Shown: positions 55,130 to 64,000 of the stretch, piece by piece
How positions within the stretch are numbered: position 1 is the stretch's first letter
How the letters are laid out: each line of letters opens with the position of its first letter
NCBI GenBank assembly: GCA_036276755.1
Contig: DASUOG010000011.1
Coordinates: 3,125 to 67,124, forward strand
From: Candidatus Saccharimonadales bacterium
GTDB lineage: Bacteria; Patescibacteriota; Saccharimonadia; Saccharimonadales; 2-12-FULL-41-12
Length of the DNA: 64,000 nucleotides
Direction: 5' to 3'
Made by a program: the position numbers and the translations under genes
The notes under the pieces: model-generated
Told to the model about the DNA's origin: nothing
Databases searched by the model: none
The model's input: only the letters and a program-made list of their open reading frames with translations

Positions 55130-55560
55130 TATATGGCTCCCAAGTCTTTCAGTGCCTGGCGGAGCGCTACAAGCGCCCGCTTGACGTCATCTTTTTTTAG
55201 CTTCAGGTTCGGATTCTCCTGATGTCGTTTGCACAATTTGTGGCCATACCAGACTTCGTCCTTATCTTTAAAGTCCTTTTGGGCGTTTACCAAACGCTCC
55301 CCCATGGTCGCTCCCTTTATATTTTTCTTTTTCATGGCATCATCAAGCAGATTGTCGGCTTCGACCAAGGCCTCCAGCCAACTTTCCCGATTAGGTAGTT
55401 TGCGCTGGAGGTTCCGCCATCGTTCGCGGAATTTTTTAGGCCTCACCCGTTTATGGGATAACCGGTAAAAAATAAAACCGGTTACAACAATAGCCAGTAA
55501 AAGTCCCCCGACCGCAGCTACCAGTGCTTCCGGCGTAACTTCTCTTGATAGTATGGTCAT
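55129..55560 (-). CDS. hypothetical 143-aa single-pass membrane protein embedded in gatCAB
   Basis: N-terminal TM segment (LVAAVGGLLLAIVVTGFIFY) followed by a basic helical domain. ATGA overlap with the gatA stop, and its TAG stop overlaps the gatB GTG. Confidence 0.75.
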   Translation of the reverse strand: MTILSREVTPEALVAAVGGLLLAIVVTGFIFYRLSHKRVRPKKFRERWRNLQRKLPNRESWLEALVEADNLLDDAMKKKNIKGATMGERLVNAQKDFKDKDEVWYGHKLCKRHQENPNLKLKKDDVKRALVALRQALKDLGAI

Positions 55561-56987
55561 CGATTAATCTCCTCAAATCCTTTTGAAATTCCTAGTAATT
55601 CCCGGTCGCGGTGCTGGGGCGCAAGTATCTGTAAGCCCACCGGCAAACCTTCTACCATGCCAGCCGGTACGCTTATGGATGGTATCCCGGCTAAGTTAGC
55701 TCCGGTCATGAAAAGATCGGCCAGATACATTTTGAGTGGATCTTGTGACTTTTCACCAATTCTAAACGGCAGCGTCGGAGAAACCGAACCAATCAGAAAA
55801 TCGTGATCTATAAACGCCTTGTTGAATTCATTTATCGTCTTGGTTCTAACAATCTGCGCCTTCTTATAATAAGCGTCATAATACCCACTGCTCAGCACAT
55901 AAGTACCAATCATTATCCTCCGCTTGGCTTCGGCGCCAAAACCGACATCGCGGCTAAGCGTATAACTTGCGTCCAGATCCTTCGCGTCCTTATAGCTATA
56001 CCCGTAGCGCTGGCCGTCGTAACGGCTTAGGTTGCTGCTGACCTCGGCCGGACAAAGTATATAGTAAACGGCTAACGAAAGTGGCATCGAGGGGATGCTT
56101 ACACTGGAAATTTTCGCGCCGGCTTTTTCCAATTTATTTATGGATTCTTCTATTTTTTTCTTAACTTTAGGATCGGTATTATCGTCCATATATTCTTCAA
56201 GGACGGCTATTTTTTTGCCCTTTATAAGTGTGTCCAGCTTCGTATAGCTTTGTGTGTCCCTGTCTATAGTAGTCATATCCAGAGGGTCTTTACCGGAGAT
56301 TACATCCAGGATCAAAGCGGTGTCATCCACCGTTCCGGCTATCGGGCCTATAACATCCAAGCTTGAACCCATCGCAACTACGCCGCTTCTGCTTACAAGT
56401 CCATAAGTCGGTTTAAGTCCGACCACGCCGCAGAAACTGGCCGGCAAGCGAACCGAACTGCCGGTATCGGTCCCCACTGCAAACGGAGCCATTCCTAAGG
56501 CTACTGAGGCCGTGGAGCCGCCTGAACTGCCACCTGGAACGCGGGTCTTGTCGTAAGGGTTAAGCGTGGTAAAGAAATCACTGTTTTCGGTACTACTGCC
56601 GTGAGCGAATGCGTCGAGGTTGGCTTTGGCGACACAGACAGCCCCCTCGGCTTCGAGCCTGTTTATCGCCGTAGCCTGATACGGCGCTTTAAAACCTCGC
56701 AAAATATTGCTGGCAGCGGTAGTATCAGCCCCGAATACCAAAAAATTATCCTTGGCTATGAAGGGTACTCCGGCCAGACGCCCGGCTTTTCCGCCTTTTT
56801 TGATTGTCGCGTCGATTTGTTTTGCCCGCGTCTTTGCGCTTTTCTCAAGAGTAGTTATTACGGCTTTATATTCTTTATGCTTCTCTATCAGGCCCAGAGA
56901 TTTTTCAACTAAATCCAACGCCCTAACTCGTCCGGCTCGGACGTCTTCTGCAATATCGGCAATAGGTTTCCAGACTTTATCCGACAT
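55557..56987 (-). CDS. gatA: Asp/Glu-tRNA amidotransferase subunit A
   Basis: Amidase signature region (GGSSGGSTASVA, GTDTGSSVRLPASFCG). Confidence 0.96.
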   Translation of the reverse strand: MSDKVWKPIADIAEDVRAGRVRALDLVEKSLGLIEKHKEYKAVITTLEKSAKTRAKQIDATIKKGGKAGRLAGVPFIAKDNFLVFGADTTAASNILRGFKAPYQATAINRLEAEGAVCVAKANLDAFAHGSSTENSDFFTTLNPYDKTRVPGGSSGGSTASVALGMAPFAVGTDTGSSVRLPASFCGVVGLKPTYGLVSRSGVVAMGSSLDVIGPIAGTVDDTALILDVISGKDPLDMTTIDRDTQSYTKLDTLIKGKKIAVLEEYMDDNTDPKVKKKIEESINKLEKAGAKISSVSIPSMPLSLAVYYILCPAEVSSNLSRYDGQRYGYSYKDAKDLDASYTLSRDVGFGAEAKRRIMIGTYVLSSGYYDAYYKKAQIVRTKTINEFNKAFIDHDFLIGSVSPTLPFRIGEKSQDPLKMYLADLFMTGANLAGIPSISVPAGMVEGLPVGLQILAPQHRDRELLGISKGFEEINR

Positions 56988-56990
56988 CAG

Positions 56991-57284
56991 CTAGCTTAGG
57001 ATTCTTTTAACTTTGATCTGGTTCTTTTCCGTAGCCGGAGCATTCTTGAGCAACTCCTTGCTGGACACCCCGTAATCAATAACTTCGTCCGGGCGCATGA
57101 CGTTTTGCAGGCCGGTAACCTGATCGGTCGGCTCAATGCCTGTTATATCGGCTGAATTTATCTGTTCGACGTATTCGACGATTGAATCCAATTCTTTGAC
57201 GAATCGTTCGACTTCTTCGTCGGTAAGTTTTATTTTGGACAAAGAAGCCAACTTCAATACGTCCACGCGGGTTATCTTAGACAT
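56991..57284 (-). CDS. gatC: Asp/Glu-tRNA amidotransferase subunit C
   Basis: 97 aa. Typical GatC (VLKLASLSKIKLTDEE...RPDEV). TATAAT lies 9 nt upstream of the ATG. Confidence 0.92.
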   Translation of the reverse strand: MSKITRVDVLKLASLSKIKLTDEEVERFVKELDSIVEYVEQINSADITGIEPTDQVTGLQNVMRPDEVIDYGVSSKELLKNAPATEKNQIKVKRILS

Positions 57285-57293
57285 TATTTAATA

Positions 57294-57345
57294 ATTATAT
57301 CTTACAGACAAACGCATTGACAAACATCATAAAAAACCCTATGAT
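57294..57345. promoter_or_regulatory. back-to-back divergent promoters with overlapping -35 boxes
   Basis: Minus strand: TTGTCA (57323..57318)-N18-TATAAT (57299..57294) for gatC. Plus strand: TTGACA (57317..57322)-N17-TATGAT (57340..57345), 36 nt upstream of the ATG at 57382. Confidence 0.45.
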
Positions 57346-57381
57346 TCGCTTTGAAGATAGGATACAAAAAGAGCTTGAAAA

Positions 57382-58455
57382 ATGCCGATTACCGTAGCAA
57401 CACAAGCTGGCGGAGTACCTGCCCTACAAGAAGCAGGCTTTGAATTTAGCGGCCAAGGCCCTCGGATTTCCGAGGGTTCTTCAATAGACGGAATTGTTGC
57501 AGTAGAAAGATTATACGAGAATGTGCAATCCGGCCACCATAGGCGACTTGATAGATACATCATGGGTGACGGCAATGTTTATGAAACGGAGCTCACCCGG
57601 GCGGCCGATGAGCGCAGTGATACGGCAATCGCCGACAGTACCCCTTGGATAGTAGGTAGAAAAGGATTCAACGAGAAGGTTAACGGACAATTTAATGAAA
57701 TGGGTTATTCGACAATTTCAGTCAGCCCTGTAGGCAGCGCATTAGGAGCTAGCCTGCGGCATTCCGCACATAATATGAACTCAATCGTTGGCCATGTATT
57801 GCAAAACAGTGATCTGCGCCCGGCGGTGCTGGGTTATGGCTCGTCCCGGGCAGCTGCTATTGCGCTTGGTTTACGCGGCATGGAATATGCGGATGTCATT
57901 GCGCCTTGTTTTCCACGGGCCCCCAGAGCTGAGGAGCTGCTTGGAACTGTTGCCCAGGCCGGCTTTGAAGCGATAGAGCTCGGTAAACATGTGCTGAGGA
58001 TAGGTCCCGGAGGGGTAGCCCGTCAGCGCAAAACATTCAGCACCAGCCCCTCGGATTGGTTGCATTATCTGGAAGTTGTTCCGCATCTTTGGAGCGGAGA
58101 TGCAGGCAGGCTAGCTTGGTCAAACAGACATACGCCCACCCATATAACACTGTTCGATAAAGACGGCTGGTCACAGCCGGACGATTGGAAAGCCATGGCA
58201 GAAGACAGACCGAATACGGCTATTACCATGCTGGAAGGCCGCCATATGCGGATACCTGATCCACGAGTGCTGGCGGGACCTTTCCACAGGTTTGATGTTT
58301 TGGCTGAGATGCGAGGTTACGACGGAAGCTTTGAGAGCGTGGACTTTGACAGTCTAGCTGAAGCCCAACCTCCCGAACCGGATAGAAGATCCGGCCCTTT
58401 AGGCAATATCAGTCTGGGCAATATAATAAAAGCCGGTTTTAGATTTGCTGCTTAA
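57382..58455 (+). CDS. hypothetical 357-aa protein, possibly alpha/beta-hydrolase fold
   Basis: A long ORF with a weak nucleophile-elbow-like GYGSSRAA, followed by later Asp (FDKDGW) and His (EGRHMRI) residues in the Ser-Asp-His order. The function is uncertain. There is a 4-nt convergent overlap with uvrB. Confidence 0.65.
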   Translation: MPITVATQAGGVPALQEAGFEFSGQGPRISEGSSIDGIVAVERLYENVQSGHHRRLDRYIMGDGNVYETELTRAADERSDTAIADSTPWIVGRKGFNEKVNGQFNEMGYSTISVSPVGSALGASLRHSAHNMNSIVGHVLQNSDLRPAVLGYGSSRAAAIALGLRGMEYADVIAPCFPRAPRAEELLGTVAQAGFEAIELGKHVLRIGPGGVARQRKTFSTSPSDWLHYLEVVPHLWSGDAGRLAWSNRHTPTHITLFDKDGWSQPDDWKAMAEDRPNTAITMLEGRHMRIPDPRVLAGPFHRFDVLAEMRGYDGSFESVDFDSLAEAQPPEPDRRSGPLGNISLGNIIKAGFRFAA

Positions 58456-60416
58456 ATTTTAGATTCTATTTCTTTTATCATGTCCCTAAGCTCGGCGGCT
58501 CGTTCGAACTGAAGGTTTGCGGCGGCCAGATCCATCTGCCTGCTTAGGTCACGAACGAGATGTTTGTATTCATCTTTCGGTATCTTCTTAAGGTCCAGTT
58601 TGGGCTTTTCGCTGTCTGGTAGATCAGGACGCAATCCCTTGTCGATATTCTTGGCGATACTCTTCGGTGTGATCCCATGCTTCTTATTGTGTTCCTGCTG
58701 GATTTTACGGCGGCGTTCGGTCTCGTCGATCGCCCGCTTCATGCTCTTTGTGACGTTCTCGGCATACATTATTACCCGTCCATCCTGATGCCGCGCCGCG
58801 CGGCCTATTGTTTGTATCAATGCTTGATCGCTGCGCAAAAAACCTTCCTTATCGGCATCCAAAATCGCGACCAGGGATACTTCCGGCAGATCCAGTCCCT
58901 CTCTTAAGAGGTTTATGCCGACAAGCACGTCGTATACGCCCAACCTTAAATCGCGCAGGATATCACTTCGTTCCAGCGTATCTATTTCACTGTGGAGATA
59001 CGAGACCTTGATATTCAGTTCCTTAAGATATTCGCTAAGGTCCTCGGCCATACGTTTGGTAAGCGTTGTAACAAGTACCCTGTGGTGTTTATCCACCGAG
59101 CTGCGGATCTCGGCTATCAAATCATCGACCTGGTGTTTGACCGGGCGTACTTCGATCACGGGATCAACCAAACCGGTAGGCCGTATGATCTGTTGTACAG
59201 GCTTCGGACTGCGCCTAAGCTCATACTCAGCGGGTGTTGCGCTGACATATACGACGTTATTTATATGCCGTTCAAACTCAGGAAATGTCAGAGGGCGATT
59301 ATCTAGGGCGCTCGGCAGCCGGAATCCATGTTCTACCAGAACTTCCTTGCGTGCCCGATCGCCGTTGTACATCCCCCGGACCTGTGGGATGGTCATGTGG
59401 CTTTCGTCGATGAACATCAGGTAATCGTCGGGAAAATAATCCAGCAAGGTCGCCGGCTGTTCACCGGGCTCCCGATTAGTAAGGTACCGGCTATAATTCT
59501 CGATACCTTTCACGAATCCGGTTTCTTCCAGCATTTCAAGGTCGAATTTGGTGCGCTGGGCCAGCCTTTGCGCTTCTAAAAGCAGGTTGTTTTTTTTGAA
59601 ATATTCCAGACGCCCGTCCAGCTCGTCCCGTATACTGCCGAGGACCATTTTTAATTTTTCATTAGGGGTTACGAAATGACTGCCCGGGTAAATCTTGATT
59701 GCTGTTAAATCGGCTATTATCTCTCCGGTTAACGGATCGATTCTGGTTATTTTCTCTATCTCATCGCCGAAGAACTCAACCCTATAAGCTACTTCCTCGC
59801 CGGCTGGGAAAATATCCACCACGTCCCCTCTGACCCGAAACGTCCCGCGATGGAAATCAATATCATTCCTTTGATATTGGATATCGGTCAAGTGCCGGAG
59901 CAATTTATCGCGTTTTCTAATCTCGCCGGTTTTTATGGTGACGGATAAATCGTTGTAATCTTCGACCGAGCCGATGCCGTAGATACAGCTGACGCTGGCC
60001 ACTATCAGAACGTCGCGGCGGCTAAGCAGCGATGAAGTCGCCGCATGGCGCAGCCGATCTATCTCTTCATTTATTTGGGAATCCTTCTCTATATAAGTAT
60101 CGGACTGGACAATATAAGCTTCCGGTTGATAATAATCGAAATAACTCACGAAATAATGGACAGCATTATCAGGGAAAAAACTTTTGAATTCGCTATAAAG
60201 TTGAGCCGCCAGAGTTTTGTTATGACATAGCACCAAAGTCGGTTTTTGGCAGTTATTGACTATGTTAGCCATGGTAAAAGTTTTGCCTGAGCCGGTTACA
60301 CCCAGCAGAACCTGTTCTTTACGGCCGGCTTGCAAGCCATCGGAAAGCTTGGCTATGGCTTCCGGCTGATCCCCGGTAGGTTTATAGCTGGAGCTGAGTT
60401 TGAATTTCCCGCGCAT
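58452..60416 (-). CDS. uvrB: excinuclease ABC subunit B
   Basis: Walker A GVTGSGKT, the DESH box (IDESHMT), helicase motifs, and a C-terminal UVR domain ([11 protein letters not shown]). Confidence 0.97.
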   Translation of the reverse strand: MRGKFKLSSSYKPTGDQPEAIAKLSDGLQAGRKEQVLLGVTGSGKTFTMANIVNNCQKPTLVLCHNKTLAAQLYSEFKSFFPDNAVHYFVSYFDYYQPEAYIVQSDTYIEKDSQINEEIDRLRHAATSSLLSRRDVLIVASVSCIYGIGSVEDYNDLSVTIKTGEIRKRDKLLRHLTDIQYQRNDIDFHRGTFRVRGDVVDIFPAGEEVAYRVEFFGDEIEKITRIDPLTGEIIADLTAIKIYPGSHFVTPNEKLKMVLGSIRDELDGRLEYFKKNNLLLEAQRLAQRTKFDLEMLEETGFVKGIENYSRYLTNREPGEQPATLLDYFPDDYLMFIDESHMTIPQVRGMYNGDRARKEVLVEHGFRLPSALDNRPLTFPEFERHINNVVYVSATPAEYELRRSPKPVQQIIRPTGLVDPVIEVRPVKHQVDDLIAEIRSSVDKHHRVLVTTLTKRMAEDLSEYLKELNIKVSYLHSEIDTLERSDILRDLRLGVYDVLVGINLLREGLDLPEVSLVAILDADKEGFLRSDQALIQTIGRAARHQDGRVIMYAENVTKSMKRAIDETERRRKIQQEHNKKHGITPKSIAKNIDKGLRPDLPDSEKPKLDLKKIPKDEYKHLVRDLSRQMDLAAANLQFERAAELRDMIKEIESKI

Positions 60417-60446
60417 ATAGTCAATTGTATCAACTGTGGGGATTAA

Positions 60447-61010
60447 TCACTCGTAAAGATTTCGATATTTCTTATTGCGTCTATCGAGCAGTTCGGTTAA
60501 GCGGGTTACTAGGTCTTCGGCATCATCGCTAAAGATAGTGTCCTGACTTTCTTCCCTTCCCGCAGCATGCAGTATGTCCATGATTTCGGTGCTGATACCG
60601 CCGGCGCCTTGCAAAAAACCTATCGGCGTACGGGTTTCCAAAGCAACCGCAAATTCATGCAAAGTACCGATACGCCCGCCGATGCTGACGATGCAGTCGC
60701 TGGAGTTTATCAGCAATACATCACGGCCCACGTAGTGCATACCGGTATAAAGAATGGTGTCATACGGTTTGGTCGGCAAGCGATATTTCATGACATGTTC
60801 GACTTTGCTGGTAGCCGGACTTATGCCGACGTTCATGGTTCCGCCGGCTTTTTTATATCCTTCGGCGGCAGAAAGGGCTATACCTACCGTAGCGCCGGTC
60901 AGCAGACTATGACCGGCTCTGGCGATAACTTTGCCGGTTTCATACGCCAGTTCCCTGCCTTCTTCAAGGCTTTTGCCTTTGGCGGCGCCGGATACACATA
61001 TCTGATACAT
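60447..61010 (-). CDS. TIGR00725/LOG-family Rossmann-fold protein
   Basis: LLTGATVGIALSAAEG plus the LOG-like motif IGGRIGTLHEF. 187 aa. Confidence 0.8.
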   Translation of the reverse strand: MYQICVSGAAKGKSLEEGRELAYETGKVIARAGHSLLTGATVGIALSAAEGYKKAGGTMNVGISPATSKVEHVMKYRLPTKPYDTILYTGMHYVGRDVLLINSSDCIVSIGGRIGTLHEFAVALETRTPIGFLQGAGGISTEIMDILHAAGREESQDTIFSDDAEDLVTRLTELLDRRNKKYRNLYE

Positions 61011-61011
61011 C

Positions 61012-62211
61012 TTACGTCTTCCCGCTTTTCGGCGGATCCTTGATATTAATTACGATTTCTCGGACCGGTTCATGATGTAGATACCTCCCGAACAATTCTT
61101 TTTTTAAGTGTTTGCGGCTATTCTCCTTGTATGCTCTTTCCGGTTCGACACCGTTGACCGCGTTGATAATCATGTCGGAAAGATTAAACGGCACGATTAT
61201 ATCCGCTTCTTTATAAGCGCCGAACGGGTGTTTCCAGAAACCGAAGCCCGCCAGCTGCGGCAGGGTGGGCACCAACAAATCTTCACTGCCGATAGACAGT
61301 TCTTCGTCGTCCAACAAACCGGGGATCCTAAGTTCGGTAGCCGCATAAACCATTGCCGGCCAATCAATCGGCATATCGTCAGACCCGACCGAGTTAAAAC
61401 CGCTTCCGCGAATCTTGGCAACTTTGTTGAAAAATCCCGGATTAAGACTTTGTTTTCTGTAATACGCAGAGATTTCGAGCATATTTTTTATCAGCAGCAA
61501 TATGGAATCGACGATAAATAGCACGTCGCCTCTGAATCTTTTATCCGGCAGTGCAACTACGATGCCTGCCGTTTCCTGATGGCTGTAGACTATGTGTCTC
61601 GGACTTATTCCGGCTTTGATCAAGCGTTGCTTGCGATTTTCAGAAAGTATTGAAACCGTAATGTTTTGCTCATCGAAATCACTTAGCGTAAGTTTAGTGG
61701 CCTGGTTGGCATACCTGCTGACCCATGTCGCCGGTTCTACCAGGCTTGCAAAACAATAAAACAACGAAGATTTATCCCGCTTCAGCGCGGAATCAATAGA
61801 CCGGATGCCAAAAATATTCATCAACTTTTTCGGGGGGTTTTCTTTGAGCTGACGGCGGGCGGCGGAGGTTTTCAGTGCCCAGATTTTTTTTACGCCGATC
61901 CTTTTTTCAATGAAACCTATGGACTGCTTAACCATTTTTTCCGGAGAATCATCGGGTTTTATCGCAATCGTTTTAGCAAGTTCATCCGAATGCTTAAAAA
62001 CCAGATGTGCCATAGCGAAATAAAGTTCGCTGGGCGTCGTGTCGTTTTCATCCAATCCTAAATGCCCGGCCTTTTCCTTAAAAAGCAATTTCAGTTCATT
62101 GGCCAGCCGTATATCCAGTCCCGGTTTTCCGGAAATACGTTCTAACTCCTGGATCTGTTTAAACAATAAAGGCTGCGGAATATCCAATATTTCGGATATC
62201 AGTTTTGTCAT
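61012..62211 (-). CDS. hypothetical 399-aa protein
   Basis: A long ORF with a 1-nt gap to the LOG-family gene and a 12-nt gap from the PfkB gene. No recognisable domain. Confidence 0.8.
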   Translation of the reverse strand: MTKLISEILDIPQPLLFKQIQELERISGKPGLDIRLANELKLLFKEKAGHLGLDENDTTPSELYFAMAHLVFKHSDELAKTIAIKPDDSPEKMVKQSIGFIEKRIGVKKIWALKTSAARRQLKENPPKKLMNIFGIRSIDSALKRDKSSLFYCFASLVEPATWVSRYANQATKLTLSDFDEQNITVSILSENRKQRLIKAGISPRHIVYSHQETAGIVVALPDKRFRGDVLFIVDSILLLIKNMLEISAYYRKQSLNPGFFNKVAKIRGSGFNSVGSDDMPIDWPAMVYAATELRIPGLLDDEELSIGSEDLLVPTLPQLAGFGFWKHPFGAYKEADIIVPFNLSDMIINAVNGVEPERAYKENSRKHLKKELFGRYLHHEPVREIVINIKDPPKSGKT

Positions 62212-62223
62212 ATCGTTTCTGCT

Positions 62224-63222
62224 TTAAAGCCGCTCCGGTTTATACGAAGCAGGGGCATGTTTTAAATAAGCCGCCAATTCCTTTTCATCCAGCAGACCGG
62301 CCTGGGCGCCTACATGCTGTACTACATTCATGGAACTGATAGGAGCCCACTGCAAAGCCCCATCCACGGTATTGCCCATGATTATTGCCGCGACAAATGT
62401 CGATGTAAATGCATCGCCGGCACCCGTCCGCTCAAACGGAGGTTTGGGGTCGGGGTAAATGGGCATCTTGAACCTGTTTGTCCCATCACTTGCATAACTG
62501 CCGGCCGGCCCGTCACTTATCACCACGATTTTAGGGCCGAGTTCGTGCAGCCTATCAATCAAATCATTGATATCGTCATGTTTGCCACCGGTAACATAAG
62601 CCGCTTCTTCTCGATTCATGGCGACCACTTCACTGCGTTTGTATACGTGCTTCATTCTTCCGACACCAGCTTCCATTTGAAACGTGCCGGGCTGAAAGGC
62701 GAGCTTGACTTCCGGATGTTTGTCCAGCCATTCGACAAGATCATCATGAAACTCAAGCGCGTTTTTGCTGATCGAGCTGAAGTAGATCCACTTGGGGATT
62801 TCTTTAATCTTGACGTGCGGCCAATGGTATTCGTATTCTTCATGTTTGATAAGTATGGTTCTTTCTTCTTTGTACCAGAGTACATAGTGATAATTGCTTT
62901 TCTTTTTGGTATTAATACGCACGAATCGTGTGTCGACGTCCGCCTTCTCGAGGGTGTGTATTATGTCTCTGCCGGCAGAATCAGCCCCTACGTTGGTTAC
63001 CATTCCGGTTTTAAGACCGAGTTTGGCAAAATTAACCGCGGCATTCGGGGCATTGCCGACGGCATGTACGATCTCAGTGTGATCGAACGGTATCTTGGTA
63101 GCGAAAGGCATAATGAGCAGAGGGCCGTGATCGGTCTCTTGCACCTGAGCCCGTTCATCCAAAAGTTTTATAAAAGCGTCCGTTACGATGTCGCCGACAC
63201 TTAACACATCAAACTGACTCAT
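62224..63222 (-). CDS. PfkB/ribokinase-family carbohydrate or nucleoside kinase
   Basis: N-terminal GDIVTD, the NAPNAA region, and the C-terminal anion-hole motif TGAGDAFTSTF. SD AAAGGTGG lies 6 nt upstream of the ATG. Confidence 0.9.
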   Translation of the reverse strand: MSQFDVLSVGDIVTDAFIKLLDERAQVQETDHGPLLIMPFATKIPFDHTEIVHAVGNAPNAAVNFAKLGLKTGMVTNVGADSAGRDIIHTLEKADVDTRFVRINTKKKSNYHYVLWYKEERTILIKHEEYEYHWPHVKIKEIPKWIYFSSISKNALEFHDDLVEWLDKHPEVKLAFQPGTFQMEAGVGRMKHVYKRSEVVAMNREEAAYVTGGKHDDINDLIDRLHELGPKIVVISDGPAGSYASDGTNRFKMPIYPDPKPPFERTGAGDAFTSTFVAAIIMGNTVDGALQWAPISSMNVVQHVGAQAGLLDEKELAAYLKHAPASYKPERL

Positions 63223-63304
63223 TCATTCCCACCTTTTTGATTACTTATTGATATCATTTTGTCAAACGTAGCTTATCATTGCAATACTACCCCGGGTTTA
63301 TCGG

Positions 63305-64000
63305 TCAACGCATCATCCTATCTGCATGCATCACAATGTTTTTTGCATTCAGACCGTAATGTTCCAGCAACTCCTGGGGTTTACCGGATTGGCCGAACCT
63401 GTCCCTAACGCCGATTCTCTTAAGAAGAGTCGGTGATTCTTCGCTTAAAAGTTCCGCGACGGCGCCGCCAAGACCGCCGTTGATCTGATGCTCCTCTACA
63501 GTGATGACTTTTTTGGTCTTATGCACGCTTTTTAATATGGTCACCGCATCCAGAGGCTTTATGGTAGGTACATGCACCACTTCCGCATCGATTCCCGCAT
63601 CATGTAGTTTTTCGGCCGCGACCAGTGCCTGATAAGTCATCGTACCGGTAGAGATGATGCTCAGGTCTTTGCCTTCGGTAAGTATGTATGCCCGGCCTAT
63701 TTCAAACGGCGTTTTCCCGGTGGTTATTATCGGCGTAGCTTCTCGTGCAAGTCTTATATAATTGGGGCGTTTGTCCGCGGCCATTGCCAAGGTCGCCTTT
63801 TCTGCCTCCAGGCTGTCGCAAGGTGCGATGACAACCATGTTCGGCAATACACGCATCAACGCGATATCTTCCAGCATCTGGTGCGTGGCGCCGTCAGGGC
63901 CTACGCTGACCCCCGCGTGCGAACCGACGATTTTGACCGGACGGTCATTAAGACAGATGGTCGTTCTTATCTGCTCCCAATTGCGGCCCGGGCTGAAAGC
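63305..64000 (-). CDS. transketolase, C-terminal (pyrimidine-binding plus C-terminal domain) subunit; 5' end outside window
   Basis: The frame stays open to the window edge (...EQIRTTICLNDRPVKIVGSHAGVSVGPDGATHQMLEDIALMR...). The C-terminal domain resembles split TktB. Confidence 0.9.
   Translation of the reverse strand, partial: AFSPGRNWEQIRTTICLNDRPVKIVGSHAGVSVGPDGATHQMLEDIALMRVLPNMVVIAPCDSLEAEKATLAMAADKRPNYIRLAREATPIITTGKTPFEIGRAYILTEGKDLSIISTGTMTYQALVAAEKLHDAGIDAEVVHVPTIKPLDAVTILKSVHKTKKVITVEEHQINGGLGGAVAELLSEESPTLLKRIGVRDRFGQSGKPQELLEHYGLNAKNIVMHADRMMR

Noticed and set aside
1-64000. CRISPR arrays, rRNA operons, IS elements, reverse transcriptase/DGR or group II introns, and inteins in DnaE, RecG, RadA, UvrB or ClpC.
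   Set aside because: I noticed no regularly spaced direct repeats, no rRNA-like conserved blocks, and no transposase or RT motifs in any ORF. All large proteins have normal lengths with contiguous motifs.

Overview
This is a gene-dense bacterial chromosome segment of intermediate GC (judged by eye), with most genes on the minus strand. I saw no rRNA, CRISPR array, transposase or integrase.

**Recognisable content**
- Information processing: rpsL-rpsG-fusA, rpoB-rpoC, nusA, dnaE, recG, radA, uvrB, tyrS, hisS, gatC-gatA-gatB, rplS, rsmD, rnhB and one tRNA-Leu(UAG).
- Proteostasis: tig, clpP, clpC.
- Envelope and surface: a class A PBP, a PilB/GspE-type ATPase, galU and a CAP-domain protein.
- Metabolism: the aroC 3' end, pepN, a PfkB kinase, a LOG/TIGR00725 protein and a split-transketolase C-terminal subunit.
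- A terminal histidine module (hisD, hisC, a HisB-N-type phosphatase) is fused into one operon with hisS.

The clpC...radA-yacL synteny, the YtxH/DUF948 pair, extended ribosomal proteins and many lineage-specific hypotheticals suggest a small-genome, Gram-positive-type lineage. It may be Patescibacteria/Saccharibacteria-like, but that is inference only.

**Signals I consider most worth follow-up**
1. A candidate ribosome-mediated attenuator sits upstream of the hisS-hisD-hisC operon. It has a promoter, a leaderless 19-codon His-containing leader ORF, and mutually exclusive antiterminator and terminator structures.
2. Near-consensus CIRCE (HrcA) operators overlap the promoters of clpP and clpC.
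3. About 20 genes share a pervasive leaderless architecture, with a -10-like hexamer 6-9 nt upstream of the ATG. A minority of genes have strong Shine-Dalgarno sites instead.
4. Unknown proteins occupy conserved synteny slots. These are a 445-aa non-AAA+ ORF where clpX normally follows clpP, small ORFs on both sides of fusA, a membrane protein inside gatCAB, and a degenerate sigma-70-like protein upstream of nusA.
5. A 2H-phosphoesterase-like protein lies beside tRNA-Leu, next to an orphan opposite-strand gene.

No homology search could be run. All functional calls rest on motifs I recognise in the translations.
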